Assembly: GCA_044869275.1 (NCBI GenBank) | Contig: JBIOXB010000184.1 | Coordinates: forward strand, 1 to 62,630 | DNA from: a bacterium | GTDB lineage: Bacteria > Zhuqueibacterota > Zhuqueibacteria > Zhuqueibacterales > Zhuqueibacteraceae | Direction: 5' to 3' | DNA length: 62,630 nucleotides | Shown here: one piece after another, positions 1 to 10,200 of the stretch | How the letters are laid out: each line of letters opens with the position of its first letter | Position numbering within the stretch: the stretch's first letter is position 1 | Made by a program: the position numbers and the translations under genes | Notes under the pieces: model-generated | Database searches by the model: none | Told to the model about the DNA's origin: nothing | The model's input: the letters and a program-made list of their open reading frames with translations, nothing else

Positions 1-336
1 AGGTTTTCACTACATGGCATTTCGCACCAAAAATGGTGATAGCTCTATTATCTCCGTACGAAACCTAGGCAAAAAAAAATTGAAGTGTCGAACTCGGGCT
101 AAATGTTGATGAGGTGGGGATGAAGAAGATTATGAGCGTGGCGCCGAAAACGAAGAAATAGAACGCGGATTTCGCGGATCGGGCGGATGGGCGCGGATTT
201 CGCATTTCAATGATTGACAAACCGAAATAACCTGAGTCGCCGTCCGGGCGCTGATGATGTCCGGACGGTGGTTGAAAAAGGTACTTGATAAGCACGATTA
301 GTATCGCTATTTTTGCCTAAAAGGACGGAGCTTGTC

Positions 337-543
337 ATGTCAAGAAATATCCCGACTTTAGAAGAGCGTGTCACGATTCTTGAAAAGGATCTGCTGCAGC
401 TTAAATCCCGGCTATCTGGAAAGGGAAAACAAGCTTGGTGGCAGGAAATTTCAGGTGTATTTGAAAATGACCCGGCTTTTGATGAAATCTCGGTTTTGGG
501 GCAGGCTATTCGTGAGCAGGAACGAGCCGACGTGAAATCATGA
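337..543 (+). CDS. Putative antitoxin of a VapBC-type pair
   Basis: Small ORF with GGAG RBS; its stop overlaps the ATG of the PIN gene (ATGA 540-543); W..ISGVFENDPAFDE motif typical of such partners. Confidence 0.65.
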   Translation: MSRNIPTLEERVTILEKDLLQLKSRLSGKGKQAWWQEISGVFENDPAFDEISVLGQAIREQERADVKS

Positions 544-974
544 GGTATTTTATTCTCGACACTGATCACTTGAGCATTTTGCAACGGCGATCCGAGCCTG
601 CCTTCGGCCATCTTTCCCTCAGACTATCTCAGCATTCCCCCGACCTGATCTTCACTACCATCATCAGTTTTCAGGAACAATTTCAAGGTTGGAGGGCTTT
701 TATCAACAAAGCCGCTACCGTCACAGCGTTGATAACAGCCTATGCAAAATTGGAACAACTCATTCAATCCTTCAGCCTCTCCCAAATCCTTCCTTTCGAT
801 CAAAAAGCCGCCGGGCTTGCCGAGCAACTCAAGCAGCAAAAGATACGCATCGGCACGCTGGATTTACGCATTGCCGGCATTGCTCTATCTCAAAATGCGA
901 CGCTGTTGACGAGCAACCTTCGCGATTTTGGTAAAGTGCCCAATCTGCGCATGGCAGATTGGACGGTTGCGTAA
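540..974 (+). CDS. vapC: PIN-domain toxin (VapC family)
   Basis: ILDTDHLS, DLRIAGIAL and LLTSNLRDF PIN motifs. Confidence 0.9.
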   Translation: MRYFILDTDHLSILQRRSEPAFGHLSLRLSQHSPDLIFTTIISFQEQFQGWRAFINKAATVTALITAYAKLEQLIQSFSLSQILPFDQKAAGLAEQLKQQKIRIGTLDLRIAGIALSQNATLLTSNLRDFGKVPNLRMADWTVA

Positions 975-1035
975 TAGCTCGGTTCGTCAAGGGAAGTAAT
1001 TTTTACAGCGAGATATTTTTAGGAGCAATGGGGCA

Positions 1036-4000
1036 ATGGCCTTTCTCGATACTCTCAAACAAAAATTTTCCGAAACCTGGCTCAAGCTGTGCGTCAATCT
1101 GCACCAGCGCCTGCCCGAAAACAAACCGGATCATCTTTATTGGCTGTTGGGCGCGACTGCCTTCGGCGAAGTCGTTAACGCGCCCAACTACACCGCCGCG
1201 GTTTTGGCGCTTGGCAAAGTGCTCGGCGATTTGGGTATTGAAGCGATTAGCAACGTGCTGGAAGAATTCCGCCAACGAAAGAGCGAGGCCGAGCGCATGC
1301 GCCTGCTGCAGCAAGCTGCAACAAATTCCGCTGCAGTTCGCCAAGTGATCGACGATTTGCTGGAAAAAATGGATGCCTTAACGCTGTCACAGCAGGCTTT
1401 TCATCAAAATTACCCCTCCCCCAAAGAACAACTATGGTTTACCGAGACCCTGCAGACGGCTATCAAGCAAGCGGGAAGCCGCTTGTCGGTTGTGGCGAAC
1501 ATCCGGGCTGGTCATGAAAGCGTTACGCTTGTAGGCGAAGGTGACGCACTCAGCAAAAGTGTCAAGCTCGAAAATGTTCAGGCGGCTGGCAACATCGTTG
1601 TCAATTTTGTTACGCCCGCGGCAAAGCATGATTCCTTGCTGGCCACCGCTGAGAAAAACTATCTCGATTTCGTTCAGCGCGAGCATGGTCGCATTCGCCT
1701 CTTCGGCTTTCTTTCCCACGCTAATATTGATGTGCGCCTGTTGGATGTGTTCGTTTCGCTACGCTTTTCGGATCATGGGCGCGAGATGGATTTGAAACGC
1801 TTGCCCGAGGTCGAAGAACGTGAGTCGCGCGATTTCACGCCGCCGCAAGTTTTGCAGCGCGCGATGCAAAAGAAAAAATCTCTGCTCTTGCTCGGCGGGC
1901 CCGGCTCCGGCAAAACCACGCTGCTCAAATACTTTGCGGTCTGTTGCCTCGACGCCACCAGCCGCGAGCGCATTTGTCTGCAACAGCCGTTGATTCCGAT
2001 TTTTGTGCCGTTGCGCCAAATCGACCCTTCCAGGCCTTTCACCGAGGCGCTCTCGATCTGGGTCAAAACTCACAATCAAAGTATTTCTGCTAAAAACTTT
2101 GCCGGCTGGTTGCATCAACCCGGCGCGTTGGTGTTGCTGGATGGCCTCGACGAAGTCAGCGATTTGAGAACGCGCCGCCAGATTTGCGAGTGGATCGATA
2201 AAGCCGCGTCCGCCTATGGTGAATCCACTTTCGTGGTCACCTGCCGCTTTACCGGCTATCGTGAGGCCGAGGGCGTGGCCCTGCAAACGCCGCACACGCG
2301 CGCCGACGTGCTCGATCTCAATGCCACGCAGCAGAACACGTTTTTGCAGCAATGGTTTCATGCCGCCGGGCTGGAAAGGCTGGAAGCGCAGCAAGCCGAA
2401 GATCCGCTGAGAGTACAGGAAATTCAAAGTGAAGCCAAAGCAGATGCCGGGCAGGTGGTGGAATTTTTGGCCAAAGAAGAAAACCGCGCGTTGGCCGACA
2501 TGGCCAGCATCCCCGTGTTGCTGCAAATCATGGCCATCATTTGGAAAGAGCAGGGTAGCCTCTCCGGCGAGCGCGTCGAGCTGTACAGCCGCTGCATCGA
2601 CTACTTGCTCGATCACCGCGACCGCAACAAAAAGATCGAGCCGCTGTTGAGCGCGGCCAAAGCGCGTCTGGTGCTGCGGCCGCTGGCTTTGTGGATGCAA
2701 AACGAAGGCCGGAAAGACGAAGCGCCGGCCGCTGAGATCGAAAAACAAATTGCGGGCAAATTGCAGGAAGTGCGGCCCGGAACTGAGCCTGGCGAGTTTC
2801 TCGAAAACATTCGCGACCGCGCCGGCGTGCTGGTCGGTGCGGGCGCGGAGACCTATACTTTCCAGCACAAATCGTTTCGCGAATTTCTCGCGGCCATTGA
2901 AATTGCCAACCAAAATGAGGCCGGGATTTTGGTGAAAAATTTCGGCGACGATTGGTGGCGCGAAAGCATTTTGTTCAGCGCCGGCCTCACCAGCCCCGAA
3001 ATTTTTCCCGCGTTTTTGGAGTATTTTCTCAAGCACGAAAAGAACGACGGCCCCACCTCGCCTCTGCTTTTGCAAATGCTGCACGAAGCTGCGGTAAAGC
3101 CGCTGGCGCCATTTGAAAAAGTGCTGCGCGACAAACGCTTGAGCTGGCAGAAACGCTACAATGCGTTGCAATGCGTGCGGCTATTGAGACGGCCCGGTGG
3201 ACCGCCTCTGCCCGAGGCGGTGAAAGAATTGGTCAAATTCGTGCACGCTGACAAAGAACCACGCTTGCGCCAACTGGCGGAAATGATTCTGATCGAATGG
3301 TCGGAAAGGCCCCCGGCAGTGATCGGCAAAACGCCGGATCGCTTCTTCAATCCCACCGAAGAAAACGCTGAATACCTTCTCACTCGCAGCGGTGAATACG
3401 CATTTTCCTTCACGAAAAAGAAAGTCGCCGTGCCGGATTTGTATTTTGCCAAATTCCCGGTTACTATCAAACGCTATCGCATGTTCTTGGAATCGTTGCC
3501 CAAAAAGCTGCGCGAGGATTATCGTATTCGGGTTGATGACAAACGCTTTCTCGGTGACGATCAGCCAGTCATGGGCATTACCTGGTACAGCGCCATGGCC
3601 TATTGCGAATGGCTTACTGCACAGCAAAAAGCAAATGGCAAAGGGCAAAAAGAAAGTTTGAGTTTTAGGTTGCCAACGGAGATCGAATGGGAGTGGGCGG
3701 CGACGGGGGACAAACGAGAATATCCTTGGGGCAATGAGAAGCCGGATGAAACGCGTGCGAATTTTGGGAAGAAAATCGATCACACCACGCCGGTGGGTTC
3801 TTATCCGGCGGGCGCAACGCCGGAAGGTTTGATGGACATGGCCGGCAATGTCTGGGAATGGTGCTTGAATGGACACGACGAGCCAGATTTTGTTCTGGAT
3901 AAGAATCCTGAATTATTGGGGGATTGGCGAAAGATCAAATCGGGGAACTTGCGTGCCTTGCGTGGCGGAGCCTATTACACTGAAGCAAGTGCGCTTCGCG

Positions 4001-4080
4001 GTTCGCAGCGTTACGGGTACGGCCCTGTCGACTGGGTCGACTACATCGGCTTCCGCGTAGTGGCGCGCGTCGAGTCTTGA
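1036..4080 (+). CDS. NACHT/STAND NTPase with C-terminal FGE-sulfatase (CLec-fold) domain; DGR target protein
   Basis: Walker [10 protein letters not shown], Walker [20 protein letters not shown]-terminal [41 protein letters not shown] at 1021. Confidence 0.92.
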   Translation: MAFLDTLKQKFSETWLKLCVNLHQRLPENKPDHLYWLLGATAFGEVVNAPNYTAAVLALGKVLGDLGIEAISNVLEEFRQRKSEAERMRLLQQAATNSAAVRQVIDDLLEKMDALTLSQQAFHQNYPSPKEQLWFTETLQTAIKQAGSRLSVVANIRAGHESVTLVGEGDALSKSVKLENVQAAGNIVVNFVTPAAKHDSLLATAEKNYLDFVQREHGRIRLFGFLSHANIDVRLLDVFVSLRFSDHGREMDLKRLPEVEERESRDFTPPQVLQRAMQKKKSLLLLGGPGSGKTTLLKYFAVCCLDATSRERICLQQPLIPIFVPLRQIDPSRPFTEALSIWVKTHNQSISAKNFAGWLHQPGALVLLDGLDEVSDLRTRRQICEWIDKAASAYGESTFVVTCRFTGYREAEGVALQTPHTRADVLDLNATQQNTFLQQWFHAAGLERLEAQQAEDPLRVQEIQSEAKADAGQVVEFLAKEENRALADMASIPVLLQIMAIIWKEQGSLSGERVELYSRCIDYLLDHRDRNKKIEPLLSAAKARLVLRPLALWMQNEGRKDEAPAAEIEKQIAGKLQEVRPGTEPGEFLENIRDRAGVLVGAGAETYTFQHKSFREFLAAIEIANQNEAGILVKNFGDDWWRESILFSAGLTSPEIFPAFLEYFLKHEKNDGPTSPLLLQMLHEAAVKPLAPFEKVLRDKRLSWQKRYNALQCVRLLRRPGGPPLPEAVKELVKFVHADKEPRLRQLAEMILIEWSERPPAVIGKTPDRFFNPTEENAEYLLTRSGEYAFSFTKKKVAVPDLYFAKFPVTIKRYRMFLESLPKKLREDYRIRVDDKRFLGDDQPVMGITWYSAMAYCEWLTAQQKANGKGQKESLSFRLPTEIEWEWAATGDKREYPWGNEKPDETRANFGKKIDHTTPVGSYPAGATPEGLMDMAGNVWEWCLNGHDEPDFVLDKNPELLGDWRKIKSGNLRALRGGAYYTEASALRGSQRYGYGPVDWVDYIGFRVVARVES
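3991..4080 (+). repeat. DGR variable repeat (VR) with IMH at the 3' end of the target gene
   Basis: Ungapped match to 4575-4664; all 15 mismatches in the first 87 nt lie opposite TR adenines. Confidence 0.96.
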
Positions 4081-4193
4081 AAATTTGTTAATCTGATACT
4101 TGATAATCTGAAAAGCTTTTGCCTCGAAATTTTTTTGAAAATTGTACTGCACTGGCGCTCGCAGCGTCCGGGCAGTGAACGAGGAGGCTGATC

Positions 4194-4538
4194 ATGGCCG
4201 AAGAGCTCAAAGTCATTCAGAAAAGCTATGATTTCTGCAAATGGCTCATGGGGCACACGGGCAAGTTTCCCAAGAGCCATCGATTTTCCATTGCGGTGCG
4301 CTTGGAAAACGTTTTCCTGCAATTTCTCGAAAACATGGTGGTTGCCAACCACCGCCATGCCAAGCTGCCGCTGTTGCAGGCCGCAGATGAAGCATTGATC
4401 AAAGTGCGCCTGCTCATTCGCTTGAGCCACGAACAGCAATTTATCAACACGAATTCGTACGAATTTGCTGCTCAAAGCTTGGATGAAATCGGCAGAATGC
4501 TGGGCGGCTGGATAAAGCAACAAAGCGGGCAGAAGTAA
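4194..4538 (+). CDS. avd: DGR accessory variability determinant (Avd, four-helix bundle)
   Basis: 114 aa with KFPKSHRFSI and EIGRMLGGW motifs; lies between VR and TR; GAGGAGG RBS. Confidence 0.92.
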   Translation: MAEELKVIQKSYDFCKWLMGHTGKFPKSHRFSIAVRLENVFLQFLENMVVANHRHAKLPLLQAADEALIKVRLLIRLSHEQQFINTNSYEFAAQSLDEIGRMLGGWIKQQSGQK

Positions 4539-4574
4539 GCGGACTTCACTAATTTAAGGGGTGGAGCCGAAAGC

Positions 4575-4664
4575 GCGCTTCGCGGTTCGCAGCGTAACAG
4601 GAACAACCCTGACAACAGGAACAACAACAACGGCTTCCGCGTAGTGGCGCGCGTCGAATCAAGT
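4575..4664 (+). ncRNA. DGR template repeat (TR)
   Basis: AAC-rich non-coding copy of VR located between avd and RT. Confidence 0.95.
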
Positions 4665-4968
4665 TCCGCTGCCGGGTTCCGGCACGCCAATGCCGCCCGT
4701 TTACGGACTGGCGGATGGCGCCGGAACATGACAAAGCTCCCTCCGGTTGGGCCGCATGAAAAGTGAGCGTGCGGCACACAAACAAAGTCCGGTCGTATCG
4801 GCTTCTCCACCGGTATGGCCGGTACGGGCTTGGCGGCGCTGGTAGGGCCGGTTTTTCGGTTTCGAACGCGCCGCCGCGTCCAAGTAGTCCTACCCCCTTG
4901 TGGGGCATTATGATTCACTCATGCTTGCGTGCAAGAAAAGCGGCCCACGAGGGCCGGGGCTACTTTTC

Positions 4969-6051
4969 ATGAAGACTCACAAAAACCTCTACGCTCAAAT
5001 CTGTTCGTTCGAGAATTTGATTTTGTCTGCCCGTAAAGCCGCGGCGAGCAAGCGTTTTCGCCCCCACGTGCTCGCGTTCTTTCATGATTTCGAGCGCAAC
5101 GCACTGCAAGTGCTGCACGAGCTGCGCACCTTCAGTTATCAACCCGGCGAATATCGCGCCTTCTTCATCCACGAACCGAAAAAGCGTTTGATTAGTGCCG
5201 CGCCGTTCTGCGACCGCATCGTGCACCACATGCTCATCAACGTCATCGGCCCCTTGTTCGAGCGACGTTTCATTTTTGACAGCTATGCTAATCGCGCAGG
5301 TAAAGGCACGCATGCCGCCATCCGCCGCCTGCAGCAGTTCATGCGGCAGGCGAATTACGTTTTGAAGCTGGATTTGCGCCAATATTTTCCCAGCATCGAT
5401 CATGAAATTTTGAAGGGAGAGGTCCGGCGAGTCATCGCCGATCGTGAAACTTTATGGCTGATCGATAAAATCATCGACGGCAGTAATCCGCAAATGGAAA
5501 CCAATTGGTATTTTCCCGGCGATGATCTATTCACCCCGTTTCAAAGACGGCGTGGCCTGCCCATCGGCAATTTGACCAGCCAATTCTTTGCAAATGTTTA
5601 CTTGAACCCCTTTGATCATTTTGCCAAAGAAAACCTGCGCTGCCGTTTCTATGCCCGCTATGTTGACGATGCCGTTATTCTGGCCGATTCACCGTCTTAT
5701 TTGCAATCGCTCTTACCGCCCCTACAAGCGTATCTAAATGAGTTTCGCTTGCGGTTGTATCGGGAGAAGTGCCAAATTCGGCCCGTGCAACGAGGGCAAA
5801 GATTCTTAGGTCAAATTGTCTTTCCCGCGCACCGACTGTTGGCGCGTGAAAATGTGCGGCGTTGTGCGCGGCGCATGCGGCGCCTGATACGGCTTTATCA
5901 ACTGAAGAAGACCTCTTTGCTCGAAATCCGGCAATCCCTGATGAGCTGGCTGGGGCACGCGCGGCAGGCCAATACCTGGGCGCTGCGTTGTGCATTGATG
6001 CCTCGGTTGGCAACATTACACGGCACAGAAGTGACCGGTCAGTTGAGCTGA
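4969..6051 (+). CDS. DGR reverse transcriptase
   Basis: [31 protein letters not shown] (DGR-type SQ motif), YARYVDD; start ATG 4969 chosen (MKTHKNLY). Confidence 0.95.
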   Translation: MKTHKNLYAQICSFENLILSARKAAASKRFRPHVLAFFHDFERNALQVLHELRTFSYQPGEYRAFFIHEPKKRLISAAPFCDRIVHHMLINVIGPLFERRFIFDSYANRAGKGTHAAIRRLQQFMRQANYVLKLDLRQYFPSIDHEILKGEVRRVIADRETLWLIDKIIDGSNPQMETNWYFPGDDLFTPFQRRRGLPIGNLTSQFFANVYLNPFDHFAKENLRCRFYARYVDDAVILADSPSYLQSLLPPLQAYLNEFRLRLYREKCQIRPVQRGQRFLGQIVFPAHRLLARENVRRCARRMRRLIRLYQLKKTSLLEIRQSLMSWLGHARQANTWALRCALMPRLATLHGTEVTGQLS

Positions 6052-6062
6052 TTGGAAATAAC

Positions 6063-6923
6063 ATGTCCATCATCGACATTCACGTCCACATCCAGCCCTG
6101 GGAGCAGCTCAAGCCCGGCGTGCGGGAGATCATGACCGCCGGCCGAAAAGACCTGGCGGCAATTGAAAAATTCATGCAATCGCCCCAAGCCTTTTTGGAG
6201 TTTTTGGATGCCAACGGCGTCGAGGCCGTGGGGTTGATCAATTATCCCAGCCCAGATTTGATGGGTTTCACCGCGGCGACGAATGACTTCGTGGCGAACT
6301 ATTGCCAGATGAACCCGCAGCGCCTGATCGCTTTTGGCGGTGTGCATCCGCGTTTTTGTGATGACGTCGATGGCGAAATGACGCGCTTGCTGCAGCTCGG
6401 CATTCGCTGTTTGAAAGTGCATCCGCCGCATCAGAATATCGCGGCCAATGCCTATCGCTACGGCCACACGGCACAGCAAGATCTCTACCGCCGCGCGGAA
6501 GAAGAAAACATGCTGATCATGTTTCATGGCGGCACCAGCATTTTTCCCGGCGCGAGAAATGTGTTTGCGGACACCATGCCCATTGATGACGTCGCAGTGG
6601 ATTTTCCCAATCTCAAAATCGTCATCGCGCACGCGGGCCGGCCTTTACATGTGGACACAACTTTCTTTCTCTTGCGACGGCATAAAAACGTGCATATCGA
6701 TATTTCCGGCATCCCGCCCAAAAAACTACTGGAGTATTTGCCACGTCTCGAAGAAATCGCAGACAAAACCCTGTGGGGCACGGACTGGCCCAGCCCGGGG
6801 GTGATGGACATGCGTAAGAACATTGACGCTTTTCTCGCGCTGCCGCTGCCACAAAAAACACAAGAAGCCATCCTCTCTGAGAATGCCTTCCGGCTGCTGC
6901 GGCAATGCGGCGCCGTGCTTTGA
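6063..6923 (+). CDS. Amidohydrolase family 2 protein
   Basis: IIDIHVH, KVHPPHQ, IVIAHAG, LWGTDWP. Confidence 0.88.
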   Translation: MSIIDIHVHIQPWEQLKPGVREIMTAGRKDLAAIEKFMQSPQAFLEFLDANGVEAVGLINYPSPDLMGFTAATNDFVANYCQMNPQRLIAFGGVHPRFCDDVDGEMTRLLQLGIRCLKVHPPHQNIAANAYRYGHTAQQDLYRRAEEENMLIMFHGGTSIFPGARNVFADTMPIDDVAVDFPNLKIVIAHAGRPLHVDTTFFLLRRHKNVHIDISGIPPKKLLEYLPRLEEIADKTLWGTDWPSPGVMDMRKNIDAFLALPLPQKTQEAILSENAFRLLRQCGAVL

Positions 6924-6969
6924 TCAAGAAGGACACGGATTGAATTGAAAATCTTTCGTATTTTCAGAC

Positions 6970-6997
6970 TTGACTTTCACCAGGAATATTTTATCAT
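6970..6997 (+). promoter_or_regulatory. Candidate sigma70 promoter
   Basis: TTGACT-N16-TATCAT upstream of the CHRD gene. Confidence 0.45.
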
Positions 6998-7232
6998 TTC
7001 CCCGCCTAATTATTGCAGACGCCGTCTTCTCTGAGCGTACAACTCCGCCGGGCGCGTTCGGCCGCTGACATTTGTATCGGCTTTTCACGAAGGGTAGGTC
7101 AGTAATGGGTGTTGTATCCGGAGCAACCGGAGCCGTCCGCTATTCCGTTGTTCTTGCCACTGCACGCCTTGCCTGCTCACCCACATCTTCCAATCTTAAT
7201 TCACCTTTCCAGTTTCACTACATGCAAGGAGA

Positions 7233-10200
7233 ATGCTCATGCGATTGCTACGAGGCCTTTTCGTACTCGGCCTGATCTGGCTTTGCGCCGCCGCGCCGGC
7301 CTTTGGTCAAAACGATCATCTACTCATCTCCGAATTCGCGGTGACGCCGACACCTGGTGAATTCATTGAGATTTTCAATCCGACTTCGGCCACTATCGAC
7401 CTGTCGCACTATTATCTCACCGACGATATTTTCAACAACGACAACGATTACGTAAATGTCGGCTACGGCGCCGACTCCCTGTCTGTCATTGCTTCGGATT
7501 TTCTGGTGAAATTTCCCGACGGTGCAAGCATTGCGCCGGGTGGAGTGATCACCGTGGCCTTGAGCGGCTCGGGCTTTCAAACGACGTATGCTCGCGCGGC
7601 GGATTACGAAATCCTCGACGCCGATCCCAATGTCACGAATATGGCTGGCATCGAGGTCGGCAGCGGCGCGGGCTTGACCAACGGCAGCGAAACCATCGTG
7701 CTCTTCACCTGGGATGGCACCAGCGATCTCGTACAAGACGTCGATTACGTGGTGTGGGGCAACAAAGGCACGGCCGTGGACAAATCCGGTTTGGCGATTG
7801 ACGGCCCGGACGCGGATAGCGACGCGAGCACTTATCAAAACGATACGCCGGTTGCAAATCAATCCGTCGTCAATGCGGATAACGACGCCGACCTTGACCC
7901 GCATGACAACGGTGAAAGTGCCGCGCGTGCCACTCTTGAAGCGGGTGAAACGCTCACGGGCGGCAACGGCATCACCGGAAACGATGAAACCAGTGAGAAC
8001 CTCAGCTTGGCCGGGGGCAGTTGGGTGAGCAGCAACGCGCCTACGCCTGGCAGCGTACCAGAGGCGCTGGCCGGCGGGCAGGTCACGTATTTTATGGCAA
8101 CCTTGAACGGCGCACAAGAAAATCCCAGTGTGAGCACGCCGGCGACCGGCGGCGGTTATTTCATTCTAAATGAGGCGCACACCGAGCTGCAGTATTTTGT
8201 GAGTGTGAGCGGCCTGAGTGGACCGATTTCGGCCTCGCATTTTCACAACGCCGCGACCGGCGTAAATGGCCCGGTGGTGCGCAACATCACGTTCACCGCC
8301 GGTATCTCGAGCGGTGTCTGGTCAACGAGTGATGCAACGCAGCCGCTGACGCCCCAACTTCTCGCGGCGCTCCTGGCCGGCAATCTTTATGTGAACGTTC
8401 ACACCGCGGCCAATCCTGGCGGCGAGATTCGCGGCCAGGTTCTGGTTGGCAGCGAGAAGAAATTCGTTGCCACCCTGAACGGTGACCAAGAAAATCCGCC
8501 GGTGGTAACGGCTGGCAATGGCTCCGGCAAATTCACGTTGAGCGCGGACGGTTCGAGTTTGAGTTATGAGGTTACCATAAATGGCCTCAGCGGTGCGATC
8601 TCCGCCTCACATTTTCACAACGCCGTCACCGGCGTAAACGGACCGGTGGTGCGCAACATCAGTTTCGTTGGCAATACCTCCACCGGCACGTGGCCGAGCA
8701 CTGATGCAACTCAGCCGTTCACACCAGCTTTCGTGGCAGAATTGCTGGCCGGCAAGCTTTATGTGAATGTTCATACCGCCGCAAATCCTGGCGGCGAGAT
8801 TCGCGGCCAGGTGCTGGAAGGCTCGGAGGTGGTTTTTCTCGCTGTGCTCAATGGCGCACAAGAGAATCCGCCGGTGGCCACGAATGCCAGCGGCGGCGGG
8901 CGCTTTGTGCTCAACGCCGAACAAACCGAGTTGTCTTATTTCATCAGAGTGGGAAATCTTTCCGGCCCGATTTCCGCCTCGCATTTTCACAATGCCGCGA
9001 CCGGAGTGAACGGCCCGGTGGTGCGCAACATTACGTTTACTGACGGTGTCGCCTCTGGCGTGTGGTCGAGCACAGATGCCACACAACCATTGACGCCCGC
9101 ATTGCTCGCGCAATTGTTGGCCGGCAATATTTATGCGAATGTTCACACCGCGGCCAATCCCGGCGGGGAGATTCGCGGCCAGCTCACGCGCGGCGCGGCG
9201 GTCAAATTCGCGGCGCAGATCGAAGGCAGCCAGGAAGTGCCGCCCACCACTGGCAACGGCGCGGGTTTTGGCCTGTTCTCACTCAACCCGACGGGCGATT
9301 CTTTAAGCTACAACATCGGCGTCACCGGCTTGAGCGGGCCGATGTCGGCGGCGCACTTTCACAACGCCGCCGCCGGCGTGAATGGTCCAGTGGTGCGCGC
9401 GCTCTCCTTTACCGGTGATTTTTCCAACGGCGTGTGGACGAGCAACGATGGGCAGGCGCTCACGCCCGCGCTCGCGGTGGAATTGCTGGCGCGCAATATT
9501 TACGTCAACGTGCATACGGCCTTGAATCCCGGTGGCGAGGTCCGCGGCCAGGTTTTGCCCGGCGCGAAAGTGGTGACGCCAATAGGCTTGGCGCGGCAGC
9601 TGGCGGACAATACCCGCAACGTCACCATCGAAGGCATCGTCACCACCATTGATTTCGGATTGTCGAACGCGACGAATTCCGAATTCTATTTGCAGGACGC
9701 GAGCGGCGGTTTGCGCATGTTCGTGGGCAGCGGCAAAGCGGTGCTGGCGCAGGGCCAGCGTGTGCGCGTGAAAGAAAGCACGATTGCGACCAATGCCGGA
9801 CGCAAAAACATCGAAACCGTGCCGGATTCCATCGTCGCGTTCGATACGCCCGGCATGCCGCCGCCGCAAGTGGTGACGGCGGATTTCTACGTGAACAATC
9901 GCGCCGCACTCGAGGGCGAGCTGATTCGCATCAATAACGCGAATCTCGCCGCGGCCTTTCCAGCGGACAATAGCAACGCCACGATCACCATCAACGACGG
10001 CAGCGGCGATCTCGCGATGTTCATCGACCGCGATACGGACATCGACGGCTCGCCCACGCCTGCCAATCCCGTGAACGTCATTGGCGTGGCGACATCATTC
10101 AACGCAGTGCCGCAAATTCAGCCCTCCAATCGTTCCGACTTCCGCGCGCCGGTGGTGTTCTTTGCCACGCTCAACGGCGGCCAGGAGAATCCGCCGGTCA

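Larger units (their letters stand above)
1036..6051 (+). mobile_element. Complete diversity-generating retroelement cassette (target-VR, avd, TR, RT)
   Basis: All canonical components present in order on one strand. Confidence 0.95.

Noticed and set aside
4081..4193. Canonical GC hairpin downstream of the VR/IMH
   Set aside because: Only weak candidates (aaaagctttt; cactg...cagtg at 4150-4177), not enough to call.
4900..6051. RT as a group II intron, retron or CRISPR-associated RT
   Set aside because: It has the SQ motif, an adjacent avd and an A-specific TR/VR pair, with no maturase/endonuclease extension or cas genes.
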